Under the pieces are notes generated by a model. That model ran no database searches, was not told the DNA's origin, and saw nothing but the letters and a program-made list of their open reading frames with translations. Shown here in pieces: positions 9,631 through 18,838 of a stretch of DNA of 64,000 bases (position 1 is the stretch's first letter; every line of letters begins with the position of its first letter). The stretch is from Thermosipho sp. (in: thermotogales). GTDB lineage: Bacteria > Thermotogota > Thermotogae > Thermotogales > Fervidobacteriaceae. Location of the stretch: positions 9,151 through 73,150 of the forward strand of contig JACDOA010000006.1 of assembly GCA_017656335.1 (NCBI GenBank). The letters run 5' to 3'. Both the position numbers and the translations under genes were made by a program.

Positions 9631-10050
9631 CTATTTTTTCACTATGGCACTATTAAATCTCTCTAATAAATCTATTAACTCATTCTCAAATTGTTCAGGC
9701 ATACTTTGCAAAACACTTTTAATGAATTGAACTCTTTCAACAATAACTTCATCAATTACCTTTTTTCCTTTTTCAGTTAATGATACATTTATAACTCTTT
9801 TATCGTCAGATGATTTAACTCTTTCTAAAAAACCATCTTTCTCTAACCTTGAAACAAGTCCAGTAGTAGTACTTTTAGCAATTCCTAAATTTCCACTCAG
9901 TTCAGTCATCGTCTTAGGACCTGTAAAATAAATTTTCTGCATTAAGTCAAACTGAGCGGGAGTTATTGGATATTTTTTCAAAACTTTTCTTCCCTTAACT
10001 TTTATCCTAAAACAAATTTCTCTTAAAATTCTTTCTAATCTTTCAGCCAT
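9631..10050 (-). CDS. MarR-family transcriptional regulator
   Basis: 139 aa; winged-helix segment ITPAQFDLMQKIYFTGPKTMTELSGNLGIAKSTTTGLVSRLEKDGFLER..DDKRV. Confidence 0.85.
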   Translation of the reverse strand: MAERLERILREICFRIKVKGRKVLKKYPITPAQFDLMQKIYFTGPKTMTELSGNLGIAKSTTTGLVSRLEKDGFLERVKSSDDKRVINVSLTEKGKKVIDEVIVERVQFIKSVLQSMPEQFENELIDLLERFNSAIVKK

Positions 10051-10054
10051 CTTA

Positions 10055-11395
10055 TCACCTCTTCGACAAAAGCTCCTTAAATGCTAAATAAGATTCATAC
10101 AAATCTATTTTTGAAACCAATTCAAAAGGAGAATGCATACTAATTAAACCTGGGCCCATATCTATAACACTAAAACCTTCCTGAGCTAAAAATTTTGCTA
10201 CAGTTCCTCCCCCACCAATTCCAACTTTTCCAAGTGTTGCTACTTGCCACTTAATTCCAGCTTCATTTAGGACTTTTCTAACGTGTGCAACAATTTCGGC
10301 ATGAGCTTCGCTAGCTCCAGATTTTCCTCTTGAACCGGTGTATTTAACTAAAGCAACACCTTGCCCAACTTTTGCAGCATTGTATTTATCATGTACATCT
10401 TTAAAGGTAGGATTTATCAAAGCTGCAACATCAGCAGAAACTACAAATGAATTGTCAATAAGTTCATCCAGTGCAAGTTCAGTATCATTTTCACCGTGAA
10501 TTCTTAAAATTTTTCTGAAAAACTTTTTATAAAATCTGGCCTTAGCTCCGACATCACCTTCACTTCCAATTTCTTCTTTATCAAACAATATTACAGCAGC
10601 AGATTTTTCTAAATTTTTAGCATCAATTAAAGCTCTAATAGATTGATATGAGCAAATTCTATCATCGTGTCCGTATCCGCCTATAAAACTTTTATCAAAC
10701 CCTACTTGTCTTGCTTTAACAGCAGGAACAAGTTCTAAATCGGCACTCACAAAATCTTCTTCTTCTATATTATATTTTTCCTTTAATATTTTTAATATAT
10801 TTCTTTTTACAGGTTCTTTTTGTTCATCTTCTAAAGGAATCGAACCTACAATAAGATTCATTTTTTCACCTTGAAATTTTTCACTTACTTTTTCATCTTT
10901 TCTATCCAAATGAGGCAAAATATCAGGTAAAACAAAGACAGGATCATCTTCATTAACACCGATTTTTACATTAATTTTTGTGCCGTCTTCTTTTATTACT
11001 ACCCCAACTAATGCTAATGGAATGTTATACCATTGATATAATTTTACTCCTCCATAATAATGAGTTTTCATTAATGCAATTCCTTCGTCTTCATAAAGAG
11101 GATTTGGTTTCAAATCAATCCTTGGAGCATCAATATGAGATGCTACTATATTAAAACCATACTTTGGATGATCAACAATCCTTGCAGCAATTAATGATTT
11201 ATTTTTATTAACATAATAAACTTTTTCTTCACGTCCAGTGTACTCATCCAAAGAAATAAAGCCGTTTTTTTTCAATAACTCCTCGTAAAAACTAATTGCC
11301 AACCTCTCAGTTAAAGCCGAATTGAGAAAATTCATATAATCGCTACTAAATTTTTCAACAGCATCAATATCTCTTTTATACCATAAACTCATCAT
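10055..11395 (-). CDS. M18-family aminopeptidase
   Basis: 446 aa; ASHIDAPRIDLKPNP, GGYGHDDR, EEIGSEGD and SMHSPFE motifs typical of M18 aminopeptidases. Confidence 0.8.
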   Translation of the reverse strand: MMSLWYKRDIDAVEKFSSDYMNFLNSALTERLAISFYEELLKKNGFISLDEYTGREEKVYYVNKNKSLIAARIVDHPKYGFNIVASHIDAPRIDLKPNPLYEDEGIALMKTHYYGGVKLYQWYNIPLALVGVVIKEDGTKINVKIGVNEDDPVFVLPDILPHLDRKDEKVSEKFQGEKMNLIVGSIPLEDEQKEPVKRNILKILKEKYNIEEEDFVSADLELVPAVKARQVGFDKSFIGGYGHDDRICSYQSIRALIDAKNLEKSAAVILFDKEEIGSEGDVGAKARFYKKFFRKILRIHGENDTELALDELIDNSFVVSADVAALINPTFKDVHDKYNAAKVGQGVALVKYTGSRGKSGASEAHAEIVAHVRKVLNEAGIKWQVATLGKVGIGGGGTVAKFLAQEGFSVIDMGPGLISMHSPFELVSKIDLYESYLAFKELLSKR

Positions 11396-11404
11396 ATCAC
11401 TCCT

Positions 11405-12268
11405 TTACCAAATTTCTATTTCAGTTTCAAGATTTACATTAAATTCCTGCCTGATCTTGTTTTTTATAACTTTTATTATTTCTTTTACATCCTTTGATTT
11501 TGCATTTCCCAAATTAATTATAAACCCTGCATGTTTTTCGGAAATTTGTGCTCCACCAATAGTAAAACCTTTAAAACCCAATTTTTCAATAGCTGTACCA
11601 ACATAAAAATCAGGTTTTGGTCTTTTAAACACACTCCCTGCACTTGGGAATTCTAAAGGTTGTTTTTGAATTCTTTTCTGAATTATTTCCAACATTTCTC
11701 TTCTTATCTTTTCTTTTTCACTTAGGGAATAACGAAAAGCTGCTTTCAAAATTATCAGTTTTTTTTCTTTTTTAAATATACTGCTTCTATAAGAAAAATC
11801 AAGATTATTTACTTTTAATTTTATTATTTTTTCACCATCAAATGCAATAACATAATCTAAATTTTCAGCTGTTTCCCATCCATAAGCCCCGGCATTCATA
11901 TAAACAGCTCCACCAACACTTCCTGGTATACCATAAGCTTTTTCAAAACCGGAAAAACCTTTTTCCATTGCTTCTATACATAATTTTTTTAAAGATACTC
12001 CACTTTCACAAATTATTCTGTTATTTTGATATTCAATATTATTCAATTTTTCCGTTGATATTACAGAAATATCCATTTTTTCATCTCTAGGCAAAATATT
12101 TGTACACTTACCAACTACTTTCAATGGCATCTTTTCACTTAAAAATTTATAAGTTTCAATAAAAGACTGTATTGAATTTGGAATAACATAAAAACTAACA
12201 GGGCCTCCAATTCTAAAGCTAGTGTGATGTTCCATTTTTTCATTTACAAAAACATCGTTCCCCAGCAT
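11405..12268 (-). CDS. murB: UDP-N-acetylenolpyruvoylglucosamine reductase
   Basis: HTSFRIGGP and GIPGSVGGAVYMNAGAYG motifs. I prefer the ATG at 12268 (287 aa, 10 nt after the upstream stop) over the track start at 12352, which overlaps the upstream gene by 74 nt. Start remains uncertain. Confidence 0.85.
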   Translation of the reverse strand: MLGNDVFVNEKMEHHTSFRIGGPVSFYVIPNSIQSFIETYKFLSEKMPLKVVGKCTNILPRDEKMDISVISTEKLNNIEYQNNRIICESGVSLKKLCIEAMEKGFSGFEKAYGIPGSVGGAVYMNAGAYGWETAENLDYVIAFDGEKIIKLKVNNLDFSYRSSIFKKEKKLIILKAAFRYSLSEKEKIRREMLEIIQKRIQKQPLEFPSAGSVFKRPKPDFYVGTAIEKLGFKGFTIGGAQISEKHAGFIINLGNAKSKDVKEIIKVIKNKIRQEFNVNLETEIEIW

Positions 12269-12278
12269 CAGTAATTTT

Positions 12279-15200
12279 TCAAAAATCTCTTCCAAAAACA
12301 ACCACCCTATTCCTTCCAAATTCTTTTGCTTTATATAACGCATCATCAGCAAATCCTATAAGCTCTTCTGGTGTTTTGGCTTTAATTTCAGGATATGAAA
12401 CAACACCAAAACTCATCGTTATTTTTTGAGGAAATTTATCTATTTTTTCTATCTCTTTTCTCAATCTTTCTGCAACTTCATAGGCGGTTTTAATATTTGT
12501 ATCTGTAAGAAGAATAATAAATTCTTCTCCACCAAATCTTCCCACAACATCACTATTTCTCAGAATTTTTAATAAAACACTTGAAATTTCCTTCAAAACT
12601 TCGTCTCCAAACAAATGACCAAATTTATCATTTATAAGCTTAAAGTGATCTATATCAGCCATTATTATTGAAAAATCGGTATTTAATGCTTTACTTTTTA
12701 AAAATAGATTTTCAAGTCTTTCATTGAAAAAATATCTTGTATACAATTTTGTTAAAGGATCAATTACACTTCTGAGTCTTGCAAAGATACTTTTAACTAC
12801 TGTAATAAAAGCATATTCTATTATCTCAAATCTTTCTAATAATTCATTCATTCTTGTTTCACTTAACACAGAAGATTTATCATATATTACTATCGTATAA
12901 TTTAGAAATTTATCTATTTTATCTGATACTTTAATTAAAAGTGGATTATTGTTTAAAATGTCACCACTAACATTTAAAATTGAATCATCTTCCAAAGTTG
13001 AAAATTCAAATTTCCTTTGTATACGTTCGTCATTTAAATAAAATGCAATCTCATTAACAGAAATGATATCATAAATCTTCCCAGCAAAATAATGTAATAT
13101 GTTAGAAGGTTCTTCAAATACTTCTATTGCTTTCAATTCTTCCAATATATTCATTGCATAATTATATCTTTCAACAATTTTTACAAATTCGGGTGAAACA
13201 AACTTGTTTTTCAAAACATCTTTAAATATAGCATATTTTTTAAATTTTTCAGAAAGAAAATAATAATTCTTTTTAAGCATTTCAACATAATTTTTAAAAT
13301 CTAAATCACTGTATAAACTAAAAGCTTTGGAAAGATAATTCCGAAATCTATATTCTTTATTAACAATTTTATAATATTTTGAAAAACTCTCATATAAAAG
13401 CGCTAAAGATAACCTAAGGTTTTGCGTTGCATAATCACTTTCAAGTGATTTTAAATGTTCAAAAAATGAATCAGGATCAATTCTAGCAATTTTCTCACCT
13501 ATTAACGCATAAGCTTCTTCACGCCATAAAAAAGTAGTCGAATTTTTAAATTTTTTCCACTTTTCTTCAATATCATCTTTTTCGGCAAGTACCAATTCAG
13601 TAAATAAATCAAAATCCAATGTCTTTATAAAATTCTTATCTTTATTTTTTTCGAATAATTCCCTTGCTTTTTCCTTTTTATTGCAAAATAAATACAATAA
13701 AATCAATGTTCTTAAGTATGTATGTCCTATTTCTAATTCTTCTTGGATTTCTTTTGCTTTTTGAATGGTTTCAAAACCTTTTTCAAAGTTTCTATCATAA
13801 ATATAAAAAAGTGTTTCCAAAATATATGTATTAGCAAGAGGAACGTTTAGATTCTTTAATTCTAACTCCTCGCGTATCTTATATAATTGATTAAAAAATC
13901 CTTTAGTATCTCCCATATACAAAAGAAATCTAATTTTATTTAACTGAGCATTTACAGAAAGATCAGGCAATGTACATTCGTAAGAAGCTTTTATTGATTT
14001 TTCATAGTATCCATTCGCAACAACAATATTATTAATTAAATCTGCAATTTCTGTGTATATAAATGGTAGCAGATGTAATAAATTATATTTTTTAGCTAAT
14101 TTTTTAGCTAAATTTAAATATTCTTTTGCCAAATTCAGGTCTCTATTTCTTACTACCATTGATAAAAGTATGGCAGCTCTAACTTTTACATCGTTCGCAA
14201 AATATGAAACAGATTTAATCTTGTTAAAAATCTCTTTTAAAATTTTAATTTTTATTTCTTTAATTTTTCCCTTGTTATATAAAGCATAATAATATAATAA
14301 TATTCTTCTATATGTTCCGATCTTTCCATAACCTTCAAGTCTTGACTTATCACTTTCAAAATAATTGATAACCTCGTCATTTTTCATATCAATATATTTT
14401 AAAGCAATTTTCCAATACTCAAATATTTTCTTATTAGGTAATTCAAAATCTACTTTTTTGTTTAATCTATAATAAAGTTCAGCTTTAAAACGCACAAGTG
14501 TATAAGAAATTCTTTTGTCTGGTAAAAGTACTTCAACTTCACTAATTAAATTTAAAAGGTAACTTGGAGAAAAATACTCATTTAATCCTTTCCTTATCAA
14601 CTTTAAATAAGTACATATTGCTTTACTATATTCTCCAATCATTTTAAAATGCCAAGCTTTCTTCAATAATACATCTTCTTCACTAACACCAATATAAGTA
14701 GTATTAATTAATTTTAGATGAAGCTCCTTTCTTCTTGCTTTATCTAAAGAATAGTAAAGTTTTTCCCAGTATCTTTTTAATGTAAACCTATATGTATGAT
14801 ATTCTTTGTAAACGATCCCTTTTATTCTTAAAATTTTTAAAATTTTCTCAAAATTTTCATTCAATGAATCTTCAATCATTTTTATATCTAAAGTTGTAAA
14901 CTTTTCACCTAAAATCGATAAAACCCTCATTTTTTCAAGTTCTTTTTCTTCAAATTCACTATATACATCGAAAAATTCTTCTAATTCTAAATTAACAATA
15001 TTTTCTTTTTTAAAAATCCATTCATTACTATATTTGTTTTTTACCAAAAAACCTTTTTCAACAAACAATCTAATTATTTCTACAATAATTCCGGGGACAC
15101 CTTCACTGAATTTAAATATAAAATCAACTAAGTCTTTTTTGTTTTCAATGTTCCCTAACATCTTCTCCAACATTATATTTGTTTTATGTTCATCAAAAGG

Positions 15201-16328
15201 ATTTAGCTCAATCACTTCATCAAAAATAGAAAAGTTATACGTTGAAGCTGCAAAAATTAAAAACTTATTTCTGAATTTCAAAGCTTTTAAACTTGTCAAA
15301 AAAGTTTTAAAATTCTCAGGAATTTCATTGTAATTATCAACAATAATGACAACATTTTTAATAGAATTAATAATTTTTGCAGCCAATGAAATAATCGTCT
15401 CGATTCTACACTCTTTACTTTGAATACATTCAAAAAGTGAGTAATAAAGTTCTTTGTCATAATCTTTATTTTTTTTATATATTCTAAGAAGATTTAATAT
15501 CACACTTTCTGGTGTTGTAGATCTAACTACAACAAAATCATTTTTATTGAGTAAAGATTGAATGTAGCCCAAAAACGTAGATTTTCCAATTCTTTGAGTA
15601 CCAATAACGCCTATCATTTTTTTTTCTTTATTATTTATATACTTTTGAATTAATTCATATTCCTTTCTGTAAATTAAAGGAATGAAAATTTTTTCTTTTA
15701 CAAAAGATTCAATAGAATACACTAAATCAAAATCAAAAAATCTTTGATTTACATCATCATCAATAAAATTTTTGACATTATCTTTAATTTCTTTAGATGG
15801 ATCAATTTCATAAATTACTTGTCCAATCACATGCAATATTGACTCAGGTTTAGCAGTTTTACTAATTTTAAATTCTGGTGCAAAAAACAAAGCATTATTA
15901 TTAATATCTAATTTTTCAGGATTTAAAAAAATAGGAAGTATTATTTTAAAATCTTTATCCTTTGTAATAAGAACATCTTCTAAAGAAAAAAATGGAATAG
16001 TATAATTATAACTTTGATAAACTTTTTTGGAAAATTCTAAAAGTTTATAGGACAAATAATCTCTCGATGAACTATTCAAAATTTTTAAATTTAACGCTTC
16101 TTCTTCATCATATGGATAAATCAATTCTAATTTTTCTTTATATGAAAAACTTTCAGGAAGTAATACGCTGTCAAAAATTTTAAAAGTATTGATATTCATG
16201 ATCAATTCATCTTCAGAAACACAAAAAGTTTTATCAATAACCTTTAATCTTTTTAAGTGGTCCTCATCATCTCTTATTAAATATTCTTCCCCACAGTATG
16301 TTTTTCTCAACGTTCTTAGAATCTCCAT
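12279..16328 (-). CDS. Large multidomain signalling protein: degenerate kinase-like N-terminus, P-loop (AAA/STAND-like) NTPase, helical/TPR-like repeats, C-terminal GGDEF diguanylate cyclase
   Basis: 1349 aa. Walker A GVIGTQRIGKSTF (~15575-15615) and Walker B-like VVIIVDNYNE. C-terminal RNSDVVGRFGGEEF has the GGEEF active site (~12519-12533) with RxxD five residues upstream (I-site spacing). The N-terminal ~180 aa keep an APE-like FFAPE but lack HRD/DFG. Confidence 0.7.
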   Translation of the reverse strand: MEILRTLRKTYCGEEYLIRDDEDHLKRLKVIDKTFCVSEDELIMNINTFKIFDSVLLPESFSYKEKLELIYPYDEEEALNLKILNSSSRDYLSYKLLEFSKKVYQSYNYTIPFFSLEDVLITKDKDFKIILPIFLNPEKLDINNNALFFAPEFKISKTAKPESILHVIGQVIYEIDPSKEIKDNVKNFIDDDVNQRFFDFDLVYSIESFVKEKIFIPLIYRKEYELIQKYINNKEKKMIGVIGTQRIGKSTFLGYIQSLLNKNDFVVVRSTTPESVILNLLRIYKKNKDYDKELYYSLFECIQSKECRIETIISLAAKIINSIKNVVIIVDNYNEIPENFKTFLTSLKALKFRNKFLIFAASTYNFSIFDEVIELNPFDEHKTNIMLEKMLGNIENKKDLVDFIFKFSEGVPGIIVEIIRLFVEKGFLVKNKYSNEWIFKKENIVNLELEEFFDVYSEFEEKELEKMRVLSILGEKFTTLDIKMIEDSLNENFEKILKILRIKGIVYKEYHTYRFTLKRYWEKLYYSLDKARRKELHLKLINTTYIGVSEEDVLLKKAWHFKMIGEYSKAICTYLKLIRKGLNEYFSPSYLLNLISEVEVLLPDKRISYTLVRFKAELYYRLNKKVDFELPNKKIFEYWKIALKYIDMKNDEVINYFESDKSRLEGYGKIGTYRRILLYYYALYNKGKIKEIKIKILKEIFNKIKSVSYFANDVKVRAAILLSMVVRNRDLNLAKEYLNLAKKLAKKYNLLHLLPFIYTEIADLINNIVVANGYYEKSIKASYECTLPDLSVNAQLNKIRFLLYMGDTKGFFNQLYKIREELELKNLNVPLANTYILETLFYIYDRNFEKGFETIQKAKEIQEELEIGHTYLRTLILLYLFCNKKEKARELFEKNKDKNFIKTLDFDLFTELVLAEKDDIEEKWKKFKNSTTFLWREEAYALIGEKIARIDPDSFFEHLKSLESDYATQNLRLSLALLYESFSKYYKIVNKEYRFRNYLSKAFSLYSDLDFKNYVEMLKKNYYFLSEKFKKYAIFKDVLKNKFVSPEFVKIVERYNYAMNILEELKAIEVFEEPSNILHYFAGKIYDIISVNEIAFYLNDERIQRKFEFSTLEDDSILNVSGDILNNNPLLIKVSDKIDKFLNYTIVIYDKSSVLSETRMNELLERFEIIEYAFITVVKSIFARLRSVIDPLTKLYTRYFFNERLENLFLKSKALNTDFSIIMADIDHFKLINDKFGHLFGDEVLKEISSVLLKILRNSDVVGRFGGEEFIILLTDTNIKTAYEVAERLRKEIEKIDKFPQKITMSFGVVSYPEIKAKTPEELIGFADDALYKAKEFGRNRVVVFGRDF

Positions 16329-16343
16329 GAAATTTTGTACCCC

Positions 16344-17327
16344 CTAATTTAATTCACTTTCCAATGCTGTCTTTGTCATTTTAACAACTTCTTTAACAAT
16401 TTCCTCAATATCACCATTTAAAGTCGTACCAGCCGCTCTTGGATGACCTCCCCCACCAAGTGCAACGGCTACCTTACTTACATCAAACCACTCTTTTGAC
16501 CTAAAACTAACATGAATTTCATTTTTTTCAAACTCAGACAAAAAGATCGCCACTTCAACGTTTTTAATTGATCTAATTTCACTAACAAATCCTCCACTGT
16601 CTTCTTCTGTACAATTAAATGTTGCATAATCTTCATGTGAAAGATAAGAATATGCTAACAAACCATCACATTCTAGTTTCAATTTTTCAATCATCCTAGA
16701 TAATAATTGAAATTGTTCTAATCTCTTATTTTCTAAAATCATCTTAGCAATTTTATCTGGTCTTGCTCCAAAACTAATCAATTCAGCTGCATCTCTAAAA
16801 ACTCTTTCATCAGCATTCGAATATCTAAAAAATCCTGTATCTGTCTCTATACCCATTAAGTTTATATGAGCTAATTTTTCATCGTAATTTATTCCTAAAG
16901 CCTTATTTATTCTAAGAACCATCTGAGCAGCAGCTCCAAATGATGGATCAACCCAGTTATAATTCCCAAAATAAAGATTGGTTGCATGATGATCTATAAC
17001 AATGGATTTTAGCTCTCCCAATTTTTCAGAAAACCTTCCTATTCTATCGGGACTGGATGCATCTACAACAATCAATAAATCTGGATTAAAATCTCTAATA
17101 TCTTCATAAGATTTAATTAATTTTATCTCCTCAAGTTCTGAAAAATAACTTGGAATCTTCCAATCAATTGCCATGAAAACATCTTTATTTAATTTTTGTA
17201 AACCAATTCCTAGAGAGAGAACAGAACTAATATCATCACCATCAGGCATGATATGGCCAACAACGAGAATTTTTTTTGATTCATTTATTAATCCGACTAT
17301 ATTTAAAAACTCATTTGCAGCTACCAT
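16344..17327 (-). CDS. nrnA: DHH/DHHA1 phosphoesterase, NrnA-type nanoRNase / pAp phosphatase
   Basis: GHIMPDGDDISS, VVDASSP, IDHH and C-terminal GGGHPRAAG motifs; 327 aa. Its ATG overlaps the PNP stop (TAATG at 17325-17329). Confidence 0.8.
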   Translation of the reverse strand: MVAANEFLNIVGLINESKKILVVGHIMPDGDDISSVLSLGIGLQKLNKDVFMAIDWKIPSYFSELEEIKLIKSYEDIRDFNPDLLIVVDASSPDRIGRFSEKLGELKSIVIDHHATNLYFGNYNWVDPSFGAAAQMVLRINKALGINYDEKLAHINLMGIETDTGFFRYSNADERVFRDAAELISFGARPDKIAKMILENKRLEQFQLLSRMIEKLKLECDGLLAYSYLSHEDYATFNCTEEDSGGFVSEIRSIKNVEVAIFLSEFEKNEIHVSFRSKEWFDVSKVAVALGGGGHPRAAGTTLNGDIEEIVKEVVKMTKTALESELN

Positions 17328-18127
17328 TAAAGCACCTCCAAAGATTTTAACACTATTTTTGAAAATCCACTTTTTACCTTGTTGGCTATCTCAAGAACCT
17401 CAACATGTGAAAGAGGCTTCTCTAGGATTCCCGCTGCCATATTAGTTGCACAAGATAATACCAAACAATTAATCCCGCAATGTCTAGCAGCAATAATTTC
17501 AGGAACTGTAGACATTCCAACCAAATCTGCTCCAAACTTTCTAAAAGCTTTTATCTCAGCAGGAGTTTCATAACTAGGACCTAAAACAGCCAAATAGACT
17601 CCTTCTTTTATATCAGGGAAAAATTTCTTAACTTTTTTAGCCCAATGTTCGTCAAAAATTTTTGACATATCCGGAAATCTTGGGCCAAATTTTTCTTCAT
17701 TAGGACCTCTTAAGGGATTACGAAATTGAAAATTAATAACATCTTTTACTAAAACAATATCGCCAGGATTGAAAGTTTTATTAATTGCACCAGAAGCATT
17801 TGTAATTAATAACCTTTCAACTCCTAACATTTTTAAAGTATAAATTACAAATTTTATTACCTCAGGGGACCAACCTTCATATAAATGAAAACGTCCCTTT
17901 AAAGCAACAACATTTTTACCGGAAAGTTTACCAAAGATTAGTTTTCCTTCATGTCCTGGAGCGGTTGAATTTGGAAAATATGGAATTTCCTCATATTTTA
18001 TTTCAATCTTATTTTCAATATTATCGGCTAAAAAACCCAAACCAGAACCAAGAATTAAACCTACCTTAGGCACATCTGTTATCTTGCTTTTTATAAAATC
18101 CAAAGTTTTTTCTAATTTTTCCTTCAC
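17327..18127 (-). CDS. punA: Purine nucleoside phosphorylase (trimeric PNP/MTAP family)
   Basis: ILGSGLG, GRFHLYEG, TNASGAIN and GMSTVPE motifs; 266 aa. Confidence 0.8.
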   Translation of the reverse strand: MKEKLEKTLDFIKSKITDVPKVGLILGSGLGFLADNIENKIEIKYEEIPYFPNSTAPGHEGKLIFGKLSGKNVVALKGRFHLYEGWSPEVIKFVIYTLKMLGVERLLITNASGAINKTFNPGDIVLVKDVINFQFRNPLRGPNEEKFGPRFPDMSKIFDEHWAKKVKKFFPDIKEGVYLAVLGPSYETPAEIKAFRKFGADLVGMSTVPEIIAARHCGINCLVLSCATNMAAGILEKPLSHVEVLEIANKVKSGFSKIVLKSLEVL

Positions 18128-18196
18128 TTTTTACACCTCCTCTGTTAAAATTATTATAGCATATCTAAAAATTTTGTTAAAAATGAGGTGAAATTT

Positions 18197-18838
18197 ATGA
18201 TTAAATTTAGTGCATCTATTTTAGCTGCTGATCTGTCTGATCTAAAGACTGAAATAAAAAGAGTTGAACCTTTCATAGATGAAATTCATTTTGACATTAT
18301 GGATGGACATTTTGTTCCTAATTTAACTTTTGCTTATCCTATCCTGGAAGCTGTTAAAAAATGTACAAAATTACCAATTGATGCACATTTAATGGTTACA
18401 AATCCCGAATTTCATGTTGAAAAACTAATAAAATTAGGAGTAGATAGAATAACTATCCACATTGAAACAACTTATCATATCAACAAACTAATTTCTCAAA
18501 TAAAAGAAACCAATACAGAAGCTTTTGTAACTTTAAATCCGGGTACACCCTTAAATATCATTGAAGAAGTTTTAAGTGATGTAGATGGTATATTAGTTAT
18601 GAGTGTTAATCCAGGTTTTTCAGGCCAAAAATTCATTGCAAAGTCCCTTGAAAAAATCAAAAAACTCAAAGAATGGAAATCAAATTATGGAATGGACTAT
18701 TTAATTGCTGTAGATGGGGGGATAAATAATGATAACATTCAAACTGTTGTTAACGCTGGGGCAGATATTTTGATAATGGGATATGGGATATTCAAAAATG
18801 ATAATTTAGAAAATTTAAGTAGAACTTTTAGAATATGA
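18197..18838 (+). CDS. rpe: Ribulose-phosphate 3-epimerase
   Basis: HFDIMDGHFVPNLTF, MSVNPGFSGQKF and VDGGIN motifs. The ATG at 18197 follows GAGGTG; the track GTG at 18188 lies within that RBS. Confidence 0.9.
   Translation: MIKFSASILAADLSDLKTEIKRVEPFIDEIHFDIMDGHFVPNLTFAYPILEAVKKCTKLPIDAHLMVTNPEFHVEKLIKLGVDRITIHIETTYHINKLISQIKETNTEAFVTLNPGTPLNIIEEVLSDVDGILVMSVNPGFSGQKFIAKSLEKIKKLKEWKSNYGMDYLIAVDGGINNDNIQTVVNAGADILIMGYGIFKNDNLENLSRTFRI

Noticed and set aside
12269-12352. N-terminal extension of murB (track start at 12352)
   Set aside because: It would overlap the upstream GGDEF gene by 74 nt and add 28 residues not typical of MurB. The ATG at 12268 gives a normal-length protein.
15617-15625. 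A9/T9 homopolymer inside the GGDEF giant gene just upstream of the P-loop, as a possible phase-variation tract
   Set aside because: Homopolymer runs of this length occur repeatedly in this AT-rich window (Lys-rich coding). There is no evidence of a shifted alternative frame.
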